Shown: positions 24,120-30,999, counted from the first letter of the stretch. The stretch is 39,094 bases of DNA from an uncultured Candidatus Saccharibacteria bacterium (GCA_964654175.1 CAZZGJ010000002.1:1-39094); one strand, 5' to 3'. Notes: generated by a model from the letters alone, not told the origin. A program made the numbers and translations.

Positions 24120-26990
24120 ATGCCACCAACAGAAAACTCATTGGATCCACAAGTAGTGGCTATGGCTAAAGCCATACGGCAAGCAGAAAGCGGTAATCGT
24201 GCTGTTTTACCGCAAGAGGGCGCAGGTGTTGGTGGAGCATCTCGTTACCAATACACTCATGACACATGGAAAGGTGTCGCACAAAAGTATCTTGGAAATC
24301 CTAATGCTGAGTTAAATTTAGAAAATGAAAACAAGGCTTCTTATTTGAGAATTAAAGAATGGAAAGATAAAGGCTTCAACGTAGGACAGATTGCTTCCAT
24401 GTGGAACGCTGGCGAAGGCAGACCAAATGCGTACCGTGAAAACTGGAGAGGGGTAAATAAGCATGGTGTTGTATATGACACACCAGCTTATGCAGCTAAA
24501 GTTGCTCGTGCCTACCAACAATTCAAGAGTGAAGCCATGCCAACCGTACAGGCAGCTACCGAAACACCAGCGCCAGTTGAGGAACAAAAGCCTTTTTCAT
24601 TGACACAAGTAGCTAAAGAAGTAGTTTCTCCAGTAACAACCATGCTGGCACGACCATTTCAAGCAATTCAATCTGCTGCACAGCTATTTAGATCTAACCG
24701 TGAAAATCCAGACTTGGAAGCTAACGCTAAAAAATACAGTGACGAAGCTTACAAGCTATCGTTACAGCTACGTGATCCACAGCTAACACCAGAACAAAGA
24801 ATTAGTCTGACAGGAGAAATCCAAAGGAATCAACAATTAGCTGAATACTACGGTAACAGACTATCAAGTAATGCTAATTACAAGCCTTTTTCTACTGAAA
24901 CACTGGTAAAACCAGCGCCAGAAAACATGGCAGACGTTAAAAAAGATGTAGGACGGGGAATTCAGACCGTTGCTTTTGGTCTTGGTCCAGTTTCTGGAGG
25001 CGCAGCCTTTGGAACAGGTATGTCACTAGAAGATGGCAATGATTTACTTAGCTGGGATACCGCAGCCTACACTGCAGGTGGTTTAGTGCTAGGTAAGGCA
25101 GCCGATATAGTCGGAAAACCGCTTCTAAATGCTGCTGGTAAGGTAGTAGGAGTTATTACTCCACAAATGCTTAAAAACGTAGCTGCAGGAGGCGCAAAAG
25201 CCATGCAGACATTCATGGAGACTAACAAACTGCTTCCAAATTCTATAAGCAGACCACTCAATAAGGGGGCTGCTGCTCTTGAAGTTGGCGCTAATGCACC
25301 ATTTAAGGCTGCTGCTGCACCTTTCAGGCAAGTAGATGAAAAAGTTATTGCTAGACGAGAACAGGCATTGAAGGAATTGGAAGAAAAATACGCTCAATTA
25401 CGTGATAATGCAGCACGAAATCCAGAAGCTACTGCAGGCACACGGGGACGAGTAGCACGAAGTAATGTTCTTACAGAAGATAACATGGTCAATGAAGACG
25501 GAGTTATCATTGGCGCTAAAGAAGCAGCTAAAACCTACCGAAAAGAAACAATTGGAGAGGGCGAAAGCTTAGTTCGACAGTTGCTTACAAAAGAAGGTGT
25601 TGGAGTAGATATTGGTGTTGTAGAAAAAGAACTTCAAAAAGTATTGAAAGAATCATTTAGTGGTCGTGAACTCATTTCTGCACTAAATGCTATGAAGCGA
25701 GAAATTGCAGGATTGCGTCTCAAAAATCCAAACGGACGCATCATGCTTACTGATTTGCATGATGCTAAAGTTCAGCGTCAACCAGGCAGCAAAGCCTACG
25801 ATAACTCAGAAACTAAAGCTGTAGACAAGCAAATTGCACGAGCGCACAAGCAAGTCATTGAAAACAACAGTGGCGAAAAGGTACGTGAAATTAACGCTGA
25901 AATTGGCAAATTCTTGGGTGACGCAGAATACATTGAAAGCTTGCAAGGAAAGCGTATTGGAAACGGCAAATTAGGACGTACAGTGTCGCAAGTAGCTGGC
26001 GCTGTGGCAGGAGCTGCAGCAGGTGGAGCGCTTGGAGGGCTTCCAGGAGTGGCTGTTGGATCATATGTGGGTGGATCTGTTTCACGTAAGCTCTCAGGGC
26101 GTGGATTGCGCAATGCGCTTGGTAAACCAACCAAGGTAGCACAGACTAAGAGTGCTGTATTTGAAGCTGGCAGGGAGCGCTTAAACCGTAAAGACTTGGC
26201 ACTACCGCCTGGACCAGCTAAAGGAACTGCTAAGAACCCAATTGTTACTCCAATTAAGGACAAAGGCACTGGTCCTGTTAGCGTTAAAGCTTTGAAGGGT
26301 GAGCCTGTACGAAATAAAAAAACAGGTCGCTTTGAACGTACCTATCTCAGTAGTACAAATGACAAAGAAACCAATTTAGCACTGGAAAAAATCAAAGTTG
26401 CAAAAGCAATTGATACAAAGCTATTAAAAGCAGACAAAGCCAAAGAATATATTGATGAAGCTGCTGATAAAATTGCTAAGAAGTATGGCGATAGCGTAGT
26501 AGTAGCAAAGGCACCAATTAAAAGTCGGGAGCGAGCGATTGAGAAAACTATCAAAGAAAACGGTGGAAATGCTGACAAAATTAAAGATTTGGCACGAAAC
26601 ACCATCATGCCAAAGGATAAAAAAGTGTACCAAAAAGTACTTGATGACATGGACGCTAGAAAAGACCTTGTTACACGTAAAGACCAACATCCAGAGGATT
26701 ACATGGGGTATGAAGGCATTATCTACCATGTAGAAACACCAGGTGGGCTTATTTCAGAAACACAAGTGGTCACTCCTAAAATGATTTACGGCAAGATGCC
26801 AGTAAATGAAGCAAAGACTTTATTGGGTGAAGACCTTTTCAACCAAATTAAAAAGGAATCAGGAGTAGAACCAGAGCTTGGACACAAGTACTACGAACAA
26901 TTCCGAAAGCTCACTATTAAAGAAAAGGAAGGAAAAGTAGGACAAGATCTCACTGAAAAATCCATTGAGTATTACAACAAACTACGTTAA
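24120..26990 (+). CDS. virion protein (956 aa): N-terminal lytic transglycosylase, Gly-zipper membrane segments, C-terminal RelA/SpoT-type synthetase-like domain
   Basis: N-terminus: AIRQAESGN...YQYTHDTW...MWNAGEG (SLT-like). Middle: GAVAGAAAGGALGGLPGVAVGSYVGGSV. C-terminus (about 26511 onward): APIKSRERAIEK, IKDLARNTIM, GYEGIIYHV, ISETQVVTPKM, HKYYEQFR, which match the RSH synthetase motif series. Confidence 0.8.
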   Translation: MPPTENSLDPQVVAMAKAIRQAESGNRAVLPQEGAGVGGASRYQYTHDTWKGVAQKYLGNPNAELNLENENKASYLRIKEWKDKGFNVGQIASMWNAGEGRPNAYRENWRGVNKHGVVYDTPAYAAKVARAYQQFKSEAMPTVQAATETPAPVEEQKPFSLTQVAKEVVSPVTTMLARPFQAIQSAAQLFRSNRENPDLEANAKKYSDEAYKLSLQLRDPQLTPEQRISLTGEIQRNQQLAEYYGNRLSSNANYKPFSTETLVKPAPENMADVKKDVGRGIQTVAFGLGPVSGGAAFGTGMSLEDGNDLLSWDTAAYTAGGLVLGKAADIVGKPLLNAAGKVVGVITPQMLKNVAAGGAKAMQTFMETNKLLPNSISRPLNKGAAALEVGANAPFKAAAAPFRQVDEKVIARREQALKELEEKYAQLRDNAARNPEATAGTRGRVARSNVLTEDNMVNEDGVIIGAKEAAKTYRKETIGEGESLVRQLLTKEGVGVDIGVVEKELQKVLKESFSGRELISALNAMKREIAGLRLKNPNGRIMLTDLHDAKVQRQPGSKAYDNSETKAVDKQIARAHKQVIENNSGEKVREINAEIGKFLGDAEYIESLQGKRIGNGKLGRTVSQVAGAVAGAAAGGALGGLPGVAVGSYVGGSVSRKLSGRGLRNALGKPTKVAQTKSAVFEAGRERLNRKDLALPPGPAKGTAKNPIVTPIKDKGTGPVSVKALKGEPVRNKKTGRFERTYLSSTNDKETNLALEKIKVAKAIDTKLLKADKAKEYIDEAADKIAKKYGDSVVVAKAPIKSRERAIEKTIKENGGNADKIKDLARNTIMPKDKKVYQKVLDDMDARKDLVTRKDQHPEDYMGYEGIIYHVETPGGLISETQVVTPKMIYGKMPVNEAKTLLGEDLFNQIKKESGVEPELGHKYYEQFRKLTIKEKEGKVGQDLTEKSIEYYNKLR

Positions 26991-26999
26991 TATCCGTAT

Positions 27000-27173
27000 A
27001 TGAAATACTATGAATCCACACTCCATGAAGTAAAAGTCAGAACAGACGCTGACGCTAACGAAGCGTTTATCAAAGCTGATAAAAAAGAAAGAAAAGTACC
27101 TGTTACTAACAAAGTGGTAAACGATGCAATTTTAGAGGGGAACACGATCTCAGAAGCTGAATACGCTAAGTAG
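27000..27173 (+). CDS. hypothetical protein (57 aa)
   Basis: Below the track cutoff. MKYYESTLHEVKVRTDADANEAF...AEYAK. Preferred over the antisense track ORF 27008..27190. Its stop abuts the -35 box at 27174. Confidence 0.45.
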   Translation: MKYYESTLHEVKVRTDADANEAFIKADKKERKVPVTNKVVNDAILEGNTISEAEYAK

Positions 27174-27202
27174 TTGACAGTATGTACCAATAGGTATATA
27201 CT
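27174..27202 (+). promoter_or_regulatory. sigma70-type promoter with a palindrome in the spacer
   Basis: TTGACA-17 nt-TATACT. The spacer contains GTACC-aata-GGTAT. The -10 box ends 6 nt before the ATG at 27209, giving leaderless geometry. Confidence 0.6.
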
Positions 27203-27208
27203 GGCACT

Positions 27209-27781
27209 ATGTTAAGTAACGTTGTACACAAAGCAATCATTTTTGCTACCAAAGCTCACGAAGGACAGTTTCGCAAAGGAACTGATGTTCCCTATATCGT
27301 GCATCCTATGGCAGTAAGTTTGCTGGCGTACTCGTATACCAAAGATACAGATCTCGCAGTCGCTGGCTTACTCCACGACACAGCAGAAGATACTGCCGTC
27401 ACTATTCCCGAGATTCACGCTCTTTTTGGCGAAAGGGTGGCTATGTTAGTTGATGCTGTTACTGAGGAAGATCCAGCAGACACCTGGAAGGAACGTAAAA
27501 AGAAAGCGCTGGCTCGTGTAGATCGCTACAGCTCAGATGAATTAATCCTTAAAGGCTCAGATGTCATGGCAAACTGTCGAGACATTCTCAAAGATTACAA
27601 AGAGCATGGGGAAAACCTGTGGACACGTTTTAATCAGTCGGGCAGGGGAAATCTAGTCGATCACTACGTCATTATGCTCAAAACCCTTAAAAATAAGGCT
27701 ATTTACAGCACTGCACCATTCGTATTTATCCGTGATTTAGACGAAACTTTAGCTGAAATGCAGGACGTTTTTGATGTGTAA
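27209..27781 (+). CDS. HD-domain (p)ppGpp hydrolase, small alarmone hydrolase (SpoT/Mesh1-like), 190 aa
   Basis: AIIFATKAHEGQFRKGTDVPYIVHPMAV...AGLLHDTAEDT...FGERVAMLVDAVTE is the canonical RSH hydrolase HD-motif series. Confidence 0.85.
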   Translation: MLSNVVHKAIIFATKAHEGQFRKGTDVPYIVHPMAVSLLAYSYTKDTDLAVAGLLHDTAEDTAVTIPEIHALFGERVAMLVDAVTEEDPADTWKERKKKALARVDRYSSDELILKGSDVMANCRDILKDYKEHGENLWTRFNQSGRGNLVDHYVIMLKTLKNKAIYSTAPFVFIRDLDETLAEMQDVFDV

Positions 27782-27786
27782 AAAGC

Positions 27787-27815
27787 TTGACATTATATAC
27801 CGATAGGTATATACT
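27787..27815 (+). promoter_or_regulatory. sigma70-type promoter with a palindrome in the spacer
   Basis: TTGACA-17 nt-TATACT, with a perfect ATATACC-gata-GGTATAT at 27795..27812. Confidence 0.6.
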
Positions 27816-27819
27816 AAGT

Positions 27820-28425
27820 ATGAAGTTAGCAGATAACCAAATACTCACTATGTCACACACATCAACAATCACCACACAGCGCATGCTCCGTATTCCATCG
27901 GACATGACTCAACTATTCAATGAGGATGCTATCGAGGTCTACACCAAAACAGTAGACGGCAAGATGGTCGCTATGGGCTTCGCAGGGAAGCGAACCAAGC
28001 CAGACTTTTACTACCGTTTCTCCACTGTCGAGCGCATGTACGAATACATCAACAACTGGCGCACCAACATTGAGTCCCACAACACCTATGTAAAAGAGCA
28101 GAAAGAAAAGCGTCTCCAAGACACCACTCTCAAAGTAAACGACATCCTAGAGGGTACATGGGGATACGAACAAACAAACGTCACGTTCTATCAAGTATTA
28201 AAAGTGGTCGGCAAGCGCATGGTAGAGATCCAAGAAATCGGAGCTTCACTCGACTGGAACGGCGGTCCGAGTGCTTACTCAACTCCAGTCCCTAACTCAT
28301 TCAAGGGCAAGCCAGAACGCAAGATGGTTTCAAACGGTCACTACATCAGTATCAACAGTTATCTCTCAGTCACACCGTGGAATGGAAAGCCTGTCAGTAT
28401 TACTGGTCCAGGATGGGGACATTAA
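27820..28425 (+). CDS. hypothetical protein (about 201 aa)
   Basis: Track ORF 27787..28425 begins on the TTG of the -35 box. Trimmed to the ATG at 27820; the ATG at 27850 is an alternative. Confidence 0.65.
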   Translation: MKLADNQILTMSHTSTITTQRMLRIPSDMTQLFNEDAIEVYTKTVDGKMVAMGFAGKRTKPDFYYRFSTVERMYEYINNWRTNIESHNTYVKEQKEKRLQDTTLKVNDILEGTWGYEQTNVTFYQVLKVVGKRMVEIQEIGASLDWNGGPSAYSTPVPNSFKGKPERKMVSNGHYISINSYLSVTPWNGKPVSITGPGWGH

Positions 28426-28826
28426 AAACCTTTTCTCCATCCAACCAAATTGCACTTATTAGAGCAGTATTTGGACTTTGGAGCCTTGATAGAAACACCA
28501 CAATTAGCACAGACTCTATCCATGACTGTGCTTTTTTGATTTAGTTCGTTCTCAATATCTCGATGGTGTTTAGAACAAACCCATGTAACATCGAGGGGTT
28601 TTAAGTAGTCTCCATGGTGAGCTTCTATCCTACCTTTACAATCAGATCCATAATTTTTACAAGCTGACGGTACTAATTTACCTTGCTTAACAGCATACGC
28701 CACCAAATTTCTAGCAGTTACTTTTTGTTTATCCCGATTTCGTTTATAGATTTTAAAATATTCATTTCTATTACGGGAGCGCTTCTTAGCTTTGTCTCCC
28801 CATGTATCAGCGTATGGCATATACAA
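28422..28826 (-). CDS. HNH endonuclease
   Basis: CKNYGSDCKGRIEAHHGDYLKPLDVTWVCSKHHRDIE (HNH core) plus CANCG...CSNKC. The track start is TTG at 28826. The ATG at 28820 lies 6 nt after a TATAAT box (28832..28827). Confidence 0.75.
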   Translation of the reverse strand: MYMPYADTWGDKAKKRSRNRNEYFKIYKRNRDKQKVTARNLVAYAVKQGKLVPSACKNYGSDCKGRIEAHHGDYLKPLDVTWVCSKHHRDIENELNQKSTVMDRVCANCGVSIKAPKSKYCSNKCNLVGWRKGF

Positions 28827-28831
28827 ATTAT

Positions 28832-28865
28832 AAAGGAGGTGACGCTTTTATGCTACACCTCCTTT
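28832..28865. terminator. 10-bp perfect inverted repeat AAAGGAGGTG-N14-CACCTCCTTT
   Basis: Read directly. Lies between the minus-strand small ORF and the HNH gene, so it is a likely terminator or insulator for minus-strand transcription. Confidence 0.45.
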
Positions 28866-28912
28866 CTTCCTGTGGTTCTAGCGCCACATTCGAGATATGG
28901 ACTTACCTCCCT

Positions 28913-29002
28913 TCAAATGTAAATATGCTGCTCATCAAGCCAGAGGACACCGATGACAGTCAGTGTGACACCGACTGCGAAGCCTACGAGGTACTTCATC
29001 AT
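28913..29002 (-). CDS. 29-aa hydrophobic peptide
   Basis: MMKYLVGFAVGVTLTVIGVLWLDEQHIYI, preceded by AAGGAG (29012..29007) 4 nt upstream. Followed by the hairpin at 28865..28832. Confidence 0.35.
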   Translation of the reverse strand: MMKYLVGFAVGVTLTVIGVLWLDEQHIYI

Positions 29003-29174
29003 CGCTCTCCTTAGCGTGGATTGCATTGTGGGCAGTAGCAGAAGACTCGATGCTGTGCGCCTTGCATCTTCTTAAACGGAAGTTCAAGCTGATCTTCACC
29101 TTGTGAGGGCTTCGCCTCCTGTGTTTCCTGGCTAGGTACGTTACCGCTTTGCGGTTTGCCTGGATAGGTATCAT

Positions 29175-29387
29175 TCATTTTTCCTTCCTCTCTGTCAGAT
29201 TGAAATAGTAGAAGTGTTTGCCATCACAGGGCGGTAAATTGGCACAGATCACGAGCAACTGACGCTCGTACTCCCGATGTTCCTCACAACAGAAATACTT
29301 GCGTGACGGATCGAGCGTGGGACGCAGATCCAGGATCTTGTCGCACCACTCGCAGGTGGCTTTGTGCGACTTGGGTTCTTTACTCAT
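29175..29387 (-). CDS. Zn-ribbon protein (70 aa)
   Basis: CEWCD...CCEEH. Canonical SD AAGGAGG (29399..29393) lies 5 nt upstream of the ATG, unlike the rest of the window. Confidence 0.65.
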   Translation of the reverse strand: MSKEPKSHKATCEWCDKILDLRPTLDPSRKYFCCEEHREYERQLLVICANLPPCDGKHFYYFNLTERKEK

Positions 29388-29477
29388 CGCAGCCTCCTTA
29401 TTTGTAGAACTGTTCTGTACTTAACTCTACTCCTGTATTGACGGATTTATACACAGGTTGTACACAGCTCAAAGTAG

Positions 29478-29506
29478 TTGACTTTATATACCTATGGGTA
29501 TATAAT
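29478..29506 (+). promoter_or_regulatory. sigma70-type promoter with a palindrome in the spacer
   Basis: TTGACT-17 nt-TATAAT, with TATACC-tatg-GGTATA at 29487..29502. Confidence 0.6.
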
Positions 29507-29510
29507 AAGT

Positions 29511-29711
29511 ATGTTACTGGTTAAGTCACAAAAACATTCTATGCAAACACAATCAATCACCAAGCGCACCGTCTACTTCAAGTCTCGCTCAGGCAATGAG
29601 ACTTACAAGACAGAGCGCCATCGAAACGGGCATGTCACCTGTTTCTGTCCAGGATTTGTCTACCGAGGCACCTGCTGGCACACATTACGAGCTTCTAACT
29701 ACAAAAAATAA
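29511..29711 (+). CDS. SWIM-type zinc-finger miniprotein (66 aa)
   Basis: CFCPGFVYRGTCWH fits the CxCxnCxH pattern. Track ORF 29478..29711 starts on the TTG of the -35 box, so it is trimmed to the ATG at 29511; 29541 is an alternative. Confidence 0.6.
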   Translation: MLLVKSQKHSMQTQSITKRTVYFKSRSGNETYKTERHRNGHVTCFCPGFVYRGTCWHTLRASNYKK

Positions 29712-29712
29712 T

Positions 29713-29898
29713 ATGAGTATCATGATATGCGAAAAGCACGATAGACACTACGACTCCGACTTCACTGACTGTCCAGAATGCGAAGATGAATGTGAGTATT
29801 GTGGTGGCACTGGAGAAACTGCTACTGACGAAACCGACAGTGACGGAAACATTATGAGAGGCGTAGGCACTCAAAAGTGCATCTGCCAGTATGAGTAA
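29713..29898 (+). CDS. DnaJ-type CxxCxGxG zinc-finger miniprotein (61 aa)
   Basis: MSIMICEKH...CPECEDECEYCGGTGE...KCIC. Track ORF 29596..29898 trimmed to the ATG at 29713, 1 nt after the previous stop. Confidence 0.6.
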   Translation: MSIMICEKHDRHYDSDFTDCPECEDECEYCGGTGETATDETDSDGNIMRGVGTQKCICQYE

Positions 29899-30061
29899 AA
29901 ATCTACCGAAAGCCTGGAACCATATTCCGCATAGAATAGTCACACTCAATGGCACTCGATACTACGAAGTCTACTGGCAAAAAGAAGCCAGTGACATCAC
30001 TGAGGACTGGCGTGAACTTGAACACATCAAGAAAAAGTTTTATCAACAATTAACGAAATAA
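29891..30061 (+). CDS. hypothetical protein (56 aa)
   Basis: Below the track cutoff. MSKNLPKAWNHIPHRIVTLNG... fills the gap and overlaps the previous gene by 8 nt. Confidence 0.45.
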   Translation: MSKNLPKAWNHIPHRIVTLNGTRYYEVYWQKEASDITEDWRELEHIKKKFYQQLTK

Positions 30062-30063
30062 CT

Positions 30064-30348
30064 ATGTTAGACAATCTCTACTACAAACCACCAACCGATG
30101 AAATCTTTAACGAGATCAAGGAAGCTGCAACGCAGATCTGGTCAGGCTACGAAGATCCGTACAAAACCGAGAAGCTTAACCGCATAAAGGACATCGGCAA
30201 CGTCTCAGACAATGCCATGTATCTGGTCGCAATGTTTGATCTATCGAACCAAAGGAAAATGGCAGATCTACTCTCAATGGACGCTTGCGCAGCGATCCGT
30301 GAGCGCATGGAAGCAGGAGGCGCAGAACCATTCTTTATCGTATTCTAA
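30064..30348 (+). CDS. hypothetical protein (94 aa)
   Basis: Track ORF starting 2 nt after the previous stop. Confidence 0.65.
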   Translation: MLDNLYYKPPTDEIFNEIKEAATQIWSGYEDPYKTEKLNRIKDIGNVSDNAMYLVAMFDLSNQRKMADLLSMDACAAIRERMEAGGAEPFFIVF

Positions 30349-30360
30349 TCAATAAAAACT

Positions 30361-30879
30361 ATGTATAACAAACTAAATCTAGCAGTGGGAAAAGTAGCAA
30401 GTAAGACCTCAATTAAACCAGAACTTGGATCAATTGCATTCTTTGGTAATCGAACAGTAGCAACTGACTCATTCCGTTTACTTGAAGTAAGCGCTCCAGG
30501 CGCAGCGCTACCAGAACCCGTACTTCTAAACGCTAAACACTTAAAAGGTAATCTAAAAATTACACCTGATCGAGAGATTGACATAGAAGAAATAATGCTA
30601 CGTTCAGGAGCAGAACCAATTGAAGCCACATACCCAAATTTTGACAAGATTGTAGATGAAGCATTTGCAAGAACTGACGATATTAAAATTAGTATCAATG
30701 CTAAATATTTGTCTGAAATGTTAGCAATTCTTGCTACTATGAATTCATTTAACTCTGTTGAACTTTCTATTCCGCTTCTTCCTGGTAAAGCAATTGTCAT
30801 GACAGCAAAGACCTCTCAAAAAACAGATGGTCCCGAACCACAGGTTGCAAGAGGACTCGTTATGCCACACAATAAATAA
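30361..30879 (+). CDS. half-size DnaN (beta sliding clamp)-like protein (172 aa)
   Basis: RTVATDSFRLLEV (compare TVATDGHRLAV in E. coli DnaN), YPNFDKIV (FPDYRRVLP), ISINAKYLSEML (IGFNVSYVLDVL), C-terminal GLVMPHNK (YVVMPMRL). Confidence 0.55.
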   Translation: MYNKLNLAVGKVASKTSIKPELGSIAFFGNRTVATDSFRLLEVSAPGAALPEPVLLNAKHLKGNLKITPDREIDIEEIMLRSGAEPIEATYPNFDKIVDEAFARTDDIKISINAKYLSEMLAILATMNSFNSVELSIPLLPGKAIVMTAKTSQKTDGPEPQVARGLVMPHNK

Positions 30880-30986
30880 ATCCGTTGGACTCGGTGTTCT
30901 TTCTCAGAGTGAATAAACTCCGAATAAATAATGAAGCTAACATATAGCAAAAGTCGTCCACTATGGGCGATTTTTGTTTGACATGC

Positions 30987-30999
30987 AAGTGATATACTT
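30987..30999 (+). promoter_or_regulatory. extended -10 type promoter motif AAGTGATATACTT
   Basis: TGaTATACT (TATACT at 30993..30998) lies 8 nt before the ATG at 31007. A variant palindrome TATACT-tta-GGTATA overlaps it. Confidence 0.4.

Noticed and set aside
27787-27819. TTG/GTG-extended N-termini in the track (27787, 29478, 30974, 35796, 11299, 14411, 15057).
   Set aside because: The TTG codons are the TTGAC -35 boxes of promoters or sit inside a terminator stem (35796). An in-frame ATG follows within 3-16 codons in each case.
28802-29014. + strand 70-aa ORF with an apparent AAAGGAGG upstream of an internal ATG at 28850.
   Set aside because: The apparent SD is one arm of the 10-bp inverted repeat, and the ATG lies in its loop. 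The ORF is antisense to the SD-led minus-strand peptide, and its product has no features. It is kept only as a possible antisense transcript.
28935-29174. 79-aa minus-strand ORF that starts directly after, and in frame with, the TGA of the Zn-ribbon gene (TGA ATG). Raised the idea of TGA read-through or recoding.
   Set aside because: The product is an Arg-rich, feature-poor sequence that overlaps the better-supported SD-led 29-aa ORF. TGA clearly terminates many genes in this window (the ATGA junctions), so a reassigned TGA is not supported.
30345-30800. 151-aa minus-strand ORF opposite the DnaN-like gene.
   Set aside because: The + strand product carries ordered DnaN landmarks. The antisense product has no motif and would break the co-directional operon.
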